Positions 9,051 through 18,283 of a DNA stretch of 61,798 bases are shown in pieces. The stretch is taken from the IMG/VR virus record IMGVR_UViG_3300033233_000007, one strand, 5' to 3'. A program made the translations under genes and the position numbers. The stretch's first letter is position 1. Every line of letters begins with the position of its first letter. Below the pieces are notes generated by a model. It saw only the letters and a list, made by a program, of their open reading frames with translations, did not search any database and was not told where the DNA came from. This DNA comes from a virus. Taxonomy: Duplodnaviria; Heunggongvirae; Uroviricota; Caudoviricetes.

Positions 9051-10517
9051 ATGAAGATGCTCGAGATGTTCGTGTTAAATCCTCCTCCGCGAAGCGCCAA
9101 ACGCAGGCGCAGCCGCCGGAATCCGTGGGAGAAAATGCGGTCTCCCGGACGTCGGTTCTGGCGGTTCCGCGGTCGGAAGGGGCAGTTCGCGAAGCGGTCG
9201 GCAGGCAAGATGAGAATGAATCCGCGCCGGCGCCGCCGGAAGAATCCGTGGGTCCACCTCACCCGCCCCGCTCGCACGTTCTACCGCTATCGCGGAGCCA
9301 AAGGAAAGTTCCGCAAGCGCGTTCGCCGTGGTCGCGCGAGCGCCTACGGTCTCAACGCTCCCCGTCGACGCCTGCGTAGGCGTCATGCGGTGCGCCGTCA
9401 TCCTCGGACGGTGTCTCGCAGGAATCCAAGGTCGAGGAAACATGGAGGCAGCAGAATGGCCAAGCGTGCCACTCGGCGTCGCCGGGGAACCCGTCGGTCG
9501 TATCGGAGGAATGCCGTTCTCCCGATCCCGGCCAACGTCAACCCGCCGCGTCGCCGCTCTCGCCGCCGCTACCGCAGTAACGCCAAGCGTGGATGGGCGC
9601 TTTACCGCTATCCCGCCCGTTCGGCGTACCACTACGGCGGCTCTCGCGGCAAGTTCATCAAGCGTCGCAAGGGCAAGCCCAGCGCCGCCGCGGCCGCGAC
9701 CGTTGTCGCGAATCCGCGCCGGCGTCGTCGGCGTCACTACGCCGCCAACGTCAGCCGATCCGCCCCCCGTCGCCGTTACGCCAAGCGCCGGTCCCACGCC
9801 CGCCGCAATCCCTATCGCGGCCCGTGGAGCTACCGCCGCAAGGCGTATCGCGTTCCGGGTGGTCGCATCCGCGTTCGCCGGCACCACTACCGCAAGCCGG
9901 GGTATCGCCGGAATCCGATCCTGCCGTTCCCCGTCGAGGTCGGCCTGAACCCGTACGCGGGTAACAACGTCCTCGCGGGTGTCGTCGCCCCGTTCCAGCG
10001 GGCCATGGACTTGTCCTTCGTCACCGGAGAACTCCTGCCCATGGCGGGCGGTTACTTCGGCTCGAAGGCCGTGGGTCGCATGGCCACGGACCTCGTGGGC
10101 GTTCCGTACGACGGCGTGTACAAGTACGTCGCCAACCTTCTGGGCGCGGGCGTCCTTTCCACGGGCGTCAGCATGTTCCTGAAGGATTCGGCGATGGCCA
10201 GTCGCGTCCTCGGCGGAGGCCTGTTCGCGATCTTCGTTGACCTGCTGAAGGATATCGGCGTCACCGGCGCTCTCGGCATCGGCGACCTCGGCGACATCAG
10301 CGATTCGATGAAGAGTCAGATCGTCGACAGCGTCCGCGCGCAACTCCACGGCACGGACGACTACCTCACGTACGAAGCGTACGGCGGTTCGCCTCGTCTG
10401 GCGGACTACGCGTCGGCGGAAGCCCTCAACGCCGCGCCTCATCTGGCGCAGGCCGCGGGCGGCGTCGCGAACATGTCGACCTACGTTGACGAGTTCTCCG
10501 ACGCTCAGTTGGTGTAA
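9051..10517 (+). CDS. Arg-rich protamine-like core protein with RRNP repeats and C-terminal membrane domain
   Basis: Extreme Arg content in N-terminal 60 percent, 10 NP sites, hydrophobic helices C-terminally. Confidence 0.8.
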   Translation: MKMLEMFVLNPPPRSAKRRRSRRNPWEKMRSPGRRFWRFRGRKGQFAKRSAGKMRMNPRRRRRKNPWVHLTRPARTFYRYRGAKGKFRKRVRRGRASAYGLNAPRRRLRRRHAVRRHPRTVSRRNPRSRKHGGSRMAKRATRRRRGTRRSYRRNAVLPIPANVNPPRRRSRRRYRSNAKRGWALYRYPARSAYHYGGSRGKFIKRRKGKPSAAAAATVVANPRRRRRRHYAANVSRSAPRRRYAKRRSHARRNPYRGPWSYRRKAYRVPGGRIRVRRHHYRKPGYRRNPILPFPVEVGLNPYAGNNVLAGVVAPFQRAMDLSFVTGELLPMAGGYFGSKAVGRMATDLVGVPYDGVYKYVANLLGAGVLSTGVSMFLKDSAMASRVLGGGLFAIFVDLLKDIGVTGALGIGDLGDISDSMKSQIVDSVRAQLHGTDDYLTYEAYGGSPRLADYASAEALNAAPHLAQAAGGVANMSTYVDEFSDAQLV

Positions 10518-10550
10518 GCCCGGTAACGGGCCTTTTTGAAGGAGTCAGGA

Positions 10551-11450
10551 ATGATCGGTCAAGTCACGGCTCCGGCTCGTCCCGGTGCCGCACCGGCCGG
10601 CGTCCAGTACATCGTCGGGACGCCCCCGCAGACGCCGGTTCTCCGGCCTCTGCGCCAGCCGATTTTCGATTCCGAGCTTCTGCCGGGCGCGCCGGCGACG
10701 TTCGGTGAGACCCAGATTCACGTCGACCCGCGGAACTTCGCGTTGACCGGCGCCCCCAAGGGCCCGGCCGACACGAACATGACGCAGCCGTCGAGCCTGG
10801 GTACGCCGCTGGAGTTCGATCTGGTCGGCTTCAACTTCCAGATCAACCGCGGCGTCTCGCGCGTGAACAGCAACACGGTGTACAACAACGGCGCGTACGA
10901 GTGGATTTTCGGACAGTCCACGCGCTGGCTGAACACCCAGTTGTCGCGCGTGCCCGAGGGCGTCGCGGCCTTCGGCAGCGTCTCGACCGCCGTGGCCGGC
11001 ACGGAGGCGTCCATTCTGTCGAATGGGTGGCCTCAAGTCACAAATCTCTTCAACTTCACGACGCCCGACAGGCTCGCCCGTCGGATCACGTCGACGGAGT
11101 CGTTCAGATTGATCCTGCGGTTCAATGCGGCCACCGCGTTCACCGCTGGTACTGGTGACACGCGGTTGACTAACTTTATGTTGGGCATTCTGTGAAGAAG
11201 TGCAGCGCCATTGGGCGACTGATGGTGGAAAACCTGAATATCGGGGGAACTCTCGGTTTATTGACCGAGACAATCTCCGACGCGTCAACGGCTCAGCCGC
11301 ACGCGCGAGAGACTGACAAGGGCGTCTCGCTTAACGAGACGATGATACAGTCCGACCTCCACGGCGACGTGGAGAGCGGGTCGGAAACGACTCGCCGCCT
11401 GACGTTTGTCGTCAGGTCCAGCAAGCAACAGCCCAGACAGCCAACTGTAA
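10551..11450 (+). CDS. Putative single-jelly-roll major capsid protein, join(10551..11193,11437..11450)
   Basis: Beta-rich, GPADTNMTQPSSLGTPLEFDL motif; splicing gives ...MLGILYSQL*. Confidence 0.7.
11194..11436 (+). ncRNA. Group I self-splicing intron, ORF-less, 243 nt
   Basis: P1 CUGU/GCAG with U-G pair; P4 UCGGGG/CUCCGA; P7 GACUG(11311-15)/CAGUC(11348-52); P8; P9 hairpins; terminal G; restores frame. Confidence 0.9.
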
Positions 11451-11506
11451 AGTTCGTCAGAGTTTACGAGCCTTGTGCTCATGAACTCTAATCGCTGAAT
11501 GCGATC

Positions 11507-11561
11507 GACCCCCTCCGAAAGGAGGGGGTCGCCTTGGGCCCTGGAAATCAGGGTCCAAGGC
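11507..11561 (+). promoter_or_regulatory. Two strong hairpins ahead of the HNH gene; second sequesters AAGG RBS
   Basis: GACCCCCTCC-GAAA-GGAGGGGGTC and GCCTTGGGCCCTG-GAAAT-CAGGGTCCAAGGC. Confidence 0.6.
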
Positions 11562-11566
11562 GACCA

Positions 11567-12511
11567 ATGGCAAAGACGAAAGAGGAGCGCAGGGCGTACG
11601 CGAAGGCGTACTATGCGGCTAACAAGAAGAAGTTCGTCGAGTACAACCGCGCGTACCACGAGGCGCACAGGAAAGACCGTCTCGAATACCACGCGGCGTA
11701 CCACGCGAAAAACCGCGCCGCACAGAATGAAAAGCGCAAGGCCTATCACACGGAGCACAAGGAAGCCGATAACGCCAACGCGTGCAGGTACCGTACACGC
11801 AGGCCGGAGTTCATCAAGGAGATCGGCGCCAAGTATCGTGCCGAACATCGTGAAGAGGCAAGACGTCGAGCCGCAGAGTGGCACGACGGCATGACCACTT
11901 TCGTCAAGACTGCGCTCGGCGGAAAGTGCGGTTGCTGCTCCGTCGCCGAGTACGAGTTCTTGACGCTCGACCATATTGCTAGCGATGGCGGCGGGTCTGT
12001 GAAAAAACGCGGCAGCAATCACTACGCTTACCGTGAAGTTGAACTCGCGTTCAAGAGCGGCGACCTGAAGGCCATTGAGAAAGTGAAGACTCGTTTTGAA
12101 AATCTCTGTTGGAATTGTAACCTGTCCAAGAGAAACGAAGGAATCTGCCGCCATCGCCGCGGACCTCGCTCGGACGATGGACTGAGCCCGGCCGGCGTCA
12201 ACTACCGCAAGCTCAGCCGCGAAGTTCGTACGCTTCTCGGAGCCAGGTGCGTCTGTTGCGGCGAAGACGGTGATGTCGAATTTCTGGCCGTCGATCATGT
12301 CCAGAACGATGGCCATTTCGAGAAGAAAAATAAGAACGGAAGCCGTGAAGTGCAGAGCTACTACGCCGCGATCGTCCGCGCCTTCCGGTCAAATGACTCT
12401 GAGAAGGTTGCCGCCGTGAAGGCGCGTTTCGCCGTAAGATGCCATAACTGCAACGAAAGCAAGCACTATGGCAAAGGACTCTGCATCCACGAACGGAAAG
12501 CCTGCGCCTAG
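11567..12511 (+). CDS. Free-standing homing endonuclease with two tandem HNH/His-Me domains
   Basis: Two CxCC..DH..N..C..CN motifs after a basic helical repeat N-terminus. Confidence 0.85.
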   Translation: MAKTKEERRAYAKAYYAANKKKFVEYNRAYHEAHRKDRLEYHAAYHAKNRAAQNEKRKAYHTEHKEADNANACRYRTRRPEFIKEIGAKYRAEHREEARRRAAEWHDGMTTFVKTALGGKCGCCSVAEYEFLTLDHIASDGGGSVKKRGSNHYAYREVELAFKSGDLKAIEKVKTRFENLCWNCNLSKRNEGICRHRRGPRSDDGLSPAGVNYRKLSREVRTLLGARCVCCGEDGDVEFLAVDHVQNDGHFEKKNKNGSREVQSYYAAIVRAFRSNDSEKVAAVKARFAVRCHNCNESKHYGKGLCIHERKACA

Positions 12512-12542
12512 CTCTTTGACCTCGTGACATAAACTCTCGTCC

Positions 12543-12635
12543 CGCCGGACAGCGGCGTGTGCGAGACACTTTTCCCCGATCCTGGACAACAGGACGGGGA
12601 TGGCAAAGCGCTTACTGCGGACAACGCAGAAGCGC
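12543..12635 (+). promoter_or_regulatory. Three tandem hairpins with GACA(A/G) pentaloops directly before an AAGGAGG RBS
   Basis: CGCCG-GACAG-CGGCG; TCCTG-GACAA-CAGGA; CTGCG-GACAA-CGCAG. Confidence 0.7.
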
Positions 12636-12647
12636 AAGGAGGAAGAG

Positions 12648-13535
12648 ATGATCCCGACTTATGTCGGCGAGAAGGGCCCGGACGGCCAGATCACCCGCGC
12701 CTGGATTAACCCCGCCAAGCGCCACGTCCGCCCGTACTGGCTGACGACCGAGCCCGACACCATTCTGGTTCCGCCGCTGACGACGAGCCTGCCGCAGATC
12801 ATGCCCATCGACACGCAAGGGCATTTCGAAGCGTTCTCCGTCTGGTTCCAGAGCGATGGGCCTTTCACGGTCACGTTCTTCGACCCCAGTAACGGCCGCT
12901 TCTGGCAGAACCGCGAACTCCACATTAACACCGTGGCCGGCGGAAACCTCGCGACGGTCGGCGGCGGCGCGTCGACGTTCGGCTTCATCCTCCCCGAAAG
13001 CTACTTCTTCAACGTCGAGGACGCCGCGCGTTCGCTCCTCGTGGCGTACCGCGACCTTTCGGGCGTCGCCAACAACATCCGCATGCTCCTCTTCGGCCGC
13101 CGCATCTACAACCGCGAAAGCTCGCCGGACGTGCAGGAAGAGTTCCGCAAGCTCTATCAGAGGAAGGAGCGCACGACCGCCTACTTCCTGACGACGGACC
13201 TGCCCGTCGTTCTTCCCGCGTCGGCCGCCGTGACGACCTTCCAGATCAGGAATACCGACGAAGCGGACATGGAGGCTTTCAAAATCACGGCATCGTCGAC
13301 GGCGCCTTTTGCGTTCCGCCTCCGCGACCGCGCGTCGAACCGCACGCTCTCTAACGGCTTCATCCACCAATTTAACGGCGCCGGCAACGGCTTCGTGCCG
13401 TTCGTGCTGTCGAGCGCGGAGACCTGGCTGATCGAACGCAACTACCAGGTGGAGGTCGACTTCATCAACCTCGTGCCGCTGGCGACTAACACGGTCTTTT
13501 TCACTTTGAGCGGACGGAGGCTCTACTATGCCTAA
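12648..13535 (+). CDS. Putative tandem (double) jelly-roll capsid protein
   Basis: Internal duplication: (P/A)Y(W/F)LTT..FEA/MEA..N....G...N....L.GRR(I/L)Y twice; start at AAGGAGG RBS. Confidence 0.65.
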   Translation: MIPTYVGEKGPDGQITRAWINPAKRHVRPYWLTTEPDTILVPPLTTSLPQIMPIDTQGHFEAFSVWFQSDGPFTVTFFDPSNGRFWQNRELHINTVAGGNLATVGGGASTFGFILPESYFFNVEDAARSLLVAYRDLSGVANNIRMLLFGRRIYNRESSPDVQEEFRKLYQRKERTTAYFLTTDLPVVLPASAAVTTFQIRNTDEADMEAFKITASSTAPFAFRLRDRASNRTLSNGFIHQFNGAGNGFVPFVLSSAETWLIERNYQVEVDFINLVPLATNTVFFTLSGRRLYYA

Positions 13536-14304
13536 CGGCGAAGTTCATAACCTCGGCGACTACCCCTCGCGGCTCGAAGAGGCCAATAACGCCTACTGGG
13601 ACAAGCTTCAGCAGCCCCGCGTCTATCCGGGCAAGCCGCCCGTCATCGAGAAGCCGCCGGCGCCGGAGATTTCGCCCGAGCTTCGGAACCTGGCCAAGAT
13701 GTACGAGACCTTCGTGATCCCCGCTTTGTGCGCGTGCATGTGTGACGCCATGCAGCGGCTCATGATGGACTCGATGCTGCTTGTGAAAAACCCCATGTGG
13801 GAAGAGCCGCCCATCCGCTCGGCCGCCACCAACGGCGCCATCGATCGCTTCGCCCGCGGCATCGTCCTTCCTCCGGGTGGCCCCGAGACGATCGTCGTCA
13901 CGGTCGGACCGATCCCCGACCGCCATGTGGGTGTCATCCGGTTCGTGGGGCAGCTTCTGTCCGCAGCCGCGGCCTTCGGGTCCGTGGGATGGTTCCTCCG
14001 TCGAAACAGCGTCATCGTCCCCGGCTACGGCGACCAGGGTCCGACGGGCTTCTTCTTTCAACTTGGCGATCCTACGAACGTCCCCAGCGGCCGCCTGCCC
14101 GTTCCGATCATCTTGAGCCCGCGGTCGACCTTTACGCTGTCGGCTTTCAACACGGGCGCGGTCGCCGTCAGCGCCGACGCCCGCCTCGGCGGTTGGTTCT
14201 ACGAGACGAACATCACTAGCGATATCATCACCGCCCTCGGCGGCGGGCACGGCAAGGCCGGCGGTTGCGCGCCGCCTTCCTATTCGACGAGAGTGGTGCG
14301 ATAG
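13528..14304 (+). CDS. Putative penton/minor capsid jelly-roll protein
   Basis: Beta-rich C-terminal domain (VPIILSPRSTFTLSAFN..ARLGGWFY); position after capsid genes. Confidence 0.55.
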   Translation: MPNGEVHNLGDYPSRLEEANNAYWDKLQQPRVYPGKPPVIEKPPAPEISPELRNLAKMYETFVIPALCACMCDAMQRLMMDSMLLVKNPMWEEPPIRSAATNGAIDRFARGIVLPPGGPETIVVTVGPIPDRHVGVIRFVGQLLSAAAAFGSVGWFLRRNSVIVPGYGDQGPTGFFFQLGDPTNVPSGRLPVPIILSPRSTFTLSAFNTGAVAVSADARLGGWFYETNITSDIITALGGGHGKAGGCAPPSYSTRVVR

Positions 14305-14850
14305 ATGCCTCCTCGCGCACTTGGAATGACTCAACCCGACCGCGGGCTCGTCGACCCAATCGAAGACGAAGGCATCGCTCGGGCGCTTCCCGACGGTTTT
14401 GCGCTCGCGCCCGGCGGCTTCGCCGTCACGGGCCTTCTGATCGAAGCGTGGGACGGCGCGTTCGTGCGCGTCCTCCGCGCCACGCCTGATGGAGCCCTCG
14501 GCGTGGCGACCGTTCCGTTGGTCACGAACCTTGCCAATACGACGACGCCGCTTGCCGTCGCCGCCGTTTTCACGGGGCCGACCGTTCAGATCGACGGCAT
14601 GGGCGGTGGCAGTCTCGGCGCGAACGTCCTTGATACGATTGCGATGCTTTTCGGCGGCGGGACGCTGGACATTCAGGTCAGTAAAGACGGCCTGACGTGG
14701 TTTACGCAAAGCACGACGGCTCTTGTGGCGGGCGTGGCGAGTTTTATAACCGGCTTGCGGCTCACGGGCATTTTTGCCCGATGCGTCCTGACTGACGGCG
14801 GGGCCGGCAGCGCCACCGTGGTTCTACACGCCGATTTGAGGGCGAGCTAG
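14305..14850 (+). CDS. Putative vertex/structural beta-sandwich protein
   Basis: Beta-rich ORF in structural operon. Confidence 0.6.
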   Translation: MPPRALGMTQPDRGLVDPIEDEGIARALPDGFALAPGGFAVTGLLIEAWDGAFVRVLRATPDGALGVATVPLVTNLANTTTPLAVAAVFTGPTVQIDGMGGGSLGANVLDTIAMLFGGGTLDIQVSKDGLTWFTQSTTALVAGVASFITGLRLTGIFARCVLTDGGAGSATVVLHADLRAS

Positions 14851-14854
14851 TCGC

Positions 14855-15214
14855 ATGAGCGGATATTCGACATACTTCAGCGGTCCAACGCAGGGCATGG
14901 GCACGGCCTCGTTCGGGTCGATGACGTTCGACATGACGAGCGCCGGGGCCTTTATGATCCCGTATCGACCGTCGTATCCGCCCAGAGACGTCGCCATCAA
15001 CCTGTCGGCCATCGGAGCGCCGCCGAATGCGACGTTCTTGAGTTCAGATCAGTTTCCTTTTCCCGGCATCGGGATATCCGGCAATTTGGGAAATACGATT
15101 ACCCTGACGATCATGTCTATTGCCGGCGGTGTCATGACCGGAACGATCACGGCCAACGCCCTTGTTGCCGGGGAGCTGGCGCGAATGGACTTTGTTGGAT
15201 TTGGGCAGTTCTAA
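14855..15214 (+). CDS. Spike-family paralog (MSGYSTYF)
   Basis: Shared N-terminal motif, beta-rich. Confidence 0.7.
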   Translation: MSGYSTYFSGPTQGMGTASFGSMTFDMTSAGAFMIPYRPSYPPRDVAINLSAIGAPPNATFLSSDQFPFPGIGISGNLGNTITLTIMSIAGGVMTGTITANALVAGELARMDFVGFGQF

Positions 15215-15215
15215 C

Positions 15216-16154
15216 ATGAAAGGCAACTACGAATTCTTCAGTCTGTTGTCCGGTGGAGTCGTACCCGGCGGCGGTAACGTCGTGTATTCGACCCGGACTA
15301 CGATGGTCGATTCCGTCAACGGCAACGACGCGACGGGCCAGTTCGGGCGGCTCGACAAGCCCTATAAGACGATTCAGGCGGCTCTCAATGCCATTCCCGC
15401 CGCTACGGACGCGGTGTCGTCCAAGAGGGTCTTTGTCGTGTATATCTCCCCAGCGGATTACGACGAGGACTTGACGATTGACATGGCGGGTAAGCGGATC
15501 GTTCTGGCGTCGCTCGGGCCTTGGGGCCTTGGCACGTTCAACGCCGTGGATTGGGGACCGTCCGGCACGCGCCGTAACATCATGCTCACGGGCTTCGGGG
15601 CCGCGATTAATGGGATCAGGCCCGGCTTCGCCATCATGGGCGCGCCGTTCGGCGAGGGCCTCACGACGCACGAGAGCTATCTGGCCCGACCTCGCATCAG
15701 CGGCAAGATCGACCTGACGGCGATGACCGGCCTCACCGAACTTCTGCTGGCCTGTGAAGTCTTCGGCACGAATAGTGGCCCGACGGGTGATTCCGTTGTG
15801 GCCGGTCCCGTCATCATCCAAAGCTATATTTATCATTCGCGCTTTCGGGGAAAGCTCACGGGCGTAAACTGGAATTTTCAGGTCAACGAGCGCACGCGCT
15901 TTGGCGGACTTGTCAGCATCAGCGGTTACTCGACGATCCTGTCGTGTCGGTTCGACAGCGGCATGACGACCGCAAGCGCCGGTAATGCCGGAATTTTGCC
16001 CGGTGGATTCTACGATTCCGATTTCGCCGGGACATTTACCGGCCCGGTGGCCTCTCTGAGACTCGACGGGGCGACGAACTACTGGTTCAAGACCAACGGG
16101 GCCGTTCTGGCGGGCGGGGCTACGAAAGTCATTCAGGACGATCTGGTGCCATAG
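15216..16154 (+). CDS. Spike/receptor-binding protein, beta-helix-like
   Basis: VDSVNGNDATG..PYKTIQAALNA motif typical of pectin-lyase-like N-termini. Confidence 0.7.
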   Translation: MKGNYEFFSLLSGGVVPGGGNVVYSTRTTMVDSVNGNDATGQFGRLDKPYKTIQAALNAIPAATDAVSSKRVFVVYISPADYDEDLTIDMAGKRIVLASLGPWGLGTFNAVDWGPSGTRRNIMLTGFGAAINGIRPGFAIMGAPFGEGLTTHESYLARPRISGKIDLTAMTGLTELLLACEVFGTNSGPTGDSVVAGPVIIQSYIYHSRFRGKLTGVNWNFQVNERTRFGGLVSISGYSTILSCRFDSGMTTASAGNAGILPGGFYDSDFAGTFTGPVASLRLDGATNYWFKTNGAVLAGGATKVIQDDLVP

Positions 16155-16162
16155 GAGGAAAT

Positions 16163-16510
16163 ATGCACGGTTACGCTACGCATTTCACATCAGCGACGCC
16201 GAACTCTCGCGGAGGCAACGCCAGCATCGCCACGGGACGTTATATCGGCGATGGCGCGCTTCAACCCATCGTGACGGGACTTTCAGGCGCGCTCAAGACA
16301 GTCCTCATTTATTCGTCGCCCGCGCTCGGAGGCGGACGTGGAGTGTATTACTCTGCGCCGGTCCTGCAACCTGGCGGCTGGCGCGACTCCTCGGGCAACA
16401 CGGGTGTCGGACTGACGTTCGCGGGGCCTGACTTTACTGTGGGTATCGGTACGGGCGACGGGCCTAATCAAGTCGGATTCGCCTACGACTGGACGGCCTT
16501 TGCGTCATGA
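16163..16510 (+). CDS. Spike-family paralog (MHGYATHF)
   Basis: Shared N-terminal motif. Confidence 0.7.
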   Translation: MHGYATHFTSATPNSRGGNASIATGRYIGDGALQPIVTGLSGALKTVLIYSSPALGGGRGVYYSAPVLQPGGWRDSSGNTGVGLTFAGPDFTVGIGTGDGPNQVGFAYDWTAFAS

Positions 16511-16520
16511 GGAAAACAGG

Positions 16521-16721
16521 ATGACCAAATCTAACGACGAACTTTACGACGCCATCGTATCCGTTGACGGCAAAGTCGGCACGTTCGGAGAGCGTCTTGA
16601 CAATCACATCAAAGAGGACGAGAAGCTCGCCAACAATTTCAAGTGGCTCGTGACGGTTATCATTCCCGCGATCACCAGCGCCATCGTGCTTGTCGGCACA
16701 TGGCTGATGAAAAAGAGTTAG
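16521..16721 (+). CDS. Small coiled-coil plus TM membrane protein
   Basis: C-terminal TM, KKS tail. Confidence 0.7.
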   Translation: MTKSNDELYDAIVSVDGKVGTFGERLDNHIKEDEKLANNFKWLVTVIIPAITSAIVLVGTWLMKKS

Positions 16722-16741
16722 CTCCTTTTTTGGAGGTTCGC

Positions 16742-17101
16742 ATGGGTACGTTTCGTAGGAATGGCGTGGACCCTCTCGGCAACGTTGCCTTGACCACGAT
16801 CATCCCGGCCGTAATCATCCCGGCCGGCAACGCTCTGAACCTGTCGGACATCGAAGCGGCGGTGGGCTCGACGGGCACGGACACGCACGTCCAGATCGAA
16901 GTCTCGACGGATGGCGGCTTCACGTTCCCCGTCATTCACGTGATCGAGCTTCCCGCGGGCGGCACGTTCCACGAGGGCTTCGGCGCCCAGTTCTTCATCG
17001 CCGGTTCGGCGCTGACGCAGCTTCGCGCGCGGTTCATCCAGGGCGTCGCGGACAACATCGGCGTGACCCTCGTGGGCACGACGGTCGGTGCCGACATCTA
17101 A
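16742..17101 (+). CDS. Beta-sandwich structural protein
   Basis: GGAGG RBS; beta-rich. Confidence 0.7.
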   Translation: MGTFRRNGVDPLGNVALTTIIPAVIIPAGNALNLSDIEAAVGSTGTDTHVQIEVSTDGGFTFPVIHVIELPAGGTFHEGFGAQFFIAGSALTQLRARFIQGVADNIGVTLVGTTVGADI

Positions 17102-17112
17102 GGCCCGTTTTT

Positions 17113-17502
17113 ATGGAGGCCGACATGGTCGGCTTTTCGGTCTATGCCTCCAACCCGAGTCTGAGCGGGGCTCCGAATCCTCCGCCGGTCGTCGGGACGG
17201 GCATTGTCACGTTCGGGTCGGCCAGCGCGGGGCCGTTTTTCATTCCCGTGCCGCCGCTGACGGGCTCGGCGTCGCGCATGGTCCTTAACGCCAGCGCGTC
17301 CGTGCCTGGCATGGTCCCGTTCACGGCGACCATCGACGACACGACGAACCTGCCGGGTGCGCCGTTCATGGTCGCCGGTGACGCGGGCGGGACGATCACC
17401 GTCACGATTCTCGGAACCGCGCCGGGCGTCATCGCCGGAGCCATCATGGCTAACGCGCTCGTCGGCGCGGAGAGGGCCATTCTGTCGGCTGTGGCGGCGT
17501 GA
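17113..17502 (+). CDS. Spike-family paralog
   Basis: Similar to 14855, 17580, 17948 (AG.F.IP..TITVTI..G....NAL). Confidence 0.7.
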   Translation: MEADMVGFSVYASNPSLSGAPNPPPVVGTGIVTFGSASAGPFFIPVPPLTGSASRMVLNASASVPGMVPFTATIDDTTNLPGAPFMVAGDAGGTITVTILGTAPGVIAGAIMANALVGAERAILSAVAA

Positions 17503-17510
17503 CGGAGAAA

Positions 17511-17567
17511 GAGGGAAACAGATTCCCGTGGACTCGCCTTAGAACGGGTCCACGGGAATAACCCCTC
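17511..17567. repeat. Long intergenic inverted repeat (15-bp stem, no U-tract)
   Basis: ATTCCCGTGGACTCG-N8-CGGGTCCACGGGAAT. Confidence 0.7.
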
Positions 17568-17579
17568 GAAGGAGAAAGC

Positions 17580-17951
17580 ATGAAAGGTTCTCAAGAATAT
17601 GTCGGGCCGCAGACGTTTGCTCCATCAGGCGGTGGGGGTGGAGCGGACGCCGCTGGCGGCATCTTTACGTTCACGGCGGCGACACCGCTCGGGCCGTTTA
17701 TTATTCCCCTGAGTGCGGCTATTGCGCCGTTAGTCGTGTGCGCGGGTGAGATCAGACCGACGGTGGGACTGTTGCCGGTTATATTGACTACCGTCTCTTT
17801 GCCGGTCAGCTTCACCGTGATCGCGCCAAGCACGAACGCCGTCGTTTTCGACATCACGGGGTTCGTTGCCGGAGCCGTCCTTGGTACGGTTACGTTTACC
17901 TCATTTGTCGGCGTGGATGTGGCAAGGTTTTCCGTGATGGCGACGTCATGA
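17580..17951 (+). CDS. Spike-family paralog
   Basis: MKGSQEY..GGGGG linker. Confidence 0.7.
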   Translation: MKGSQEYVGPQTFAPSGGGGGADAAGGIFTFTAATPLGPFIIPLSAAIAPLVVCAGEIRPTVGLLPVILTTVSLPVSFTVIAPSTNAVVFDITGFVAGAVLGTVTFTSFVGVDVARFSVMATS

Positions 17952-18283
17952 CCGGCTACTCGACATATTTCGTCCGCATCACCGGCGGCGGTGGAGGTGG
18001 CGGTGGCGTTGACGCCGGAAGCGGCTCGATCACGTTTAACGACACGAGCGCGGGAGCGTTTGTCATCCCGCTAACGACGACGGTTACGCCTGCGGCGGTA
18101 TCGGTTGGGAGTGTGTTGATTCGCGCTGCCGATCTTCCGTTTCCGTTTTCCATTAACGTCGGACGAAATGTGGTCGCGTTTAACATTACTGCGTTCGGCG
18201 CAGGGACTATTAGCGGAATGATTACGGGGAACACATTCGCCCCCGGCGATTCGGCTGTTATGAACGTGATGGCGACCGCATGA
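17948..18283 (+). CDS. Spike-family paralog
   Basis: MTGYSTYF..G8 linker. Confidence 0.7.
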   Translation: MTGYSTYFVRITGGGGGGGGVDAGSGSITFNDTSAGAFVIPLTTTVTPAAVSVGSVLIRAADLPFPFSINVGRNVVAFNITAFGAGTISGMITGNTFAPGDSAVMNVMATA

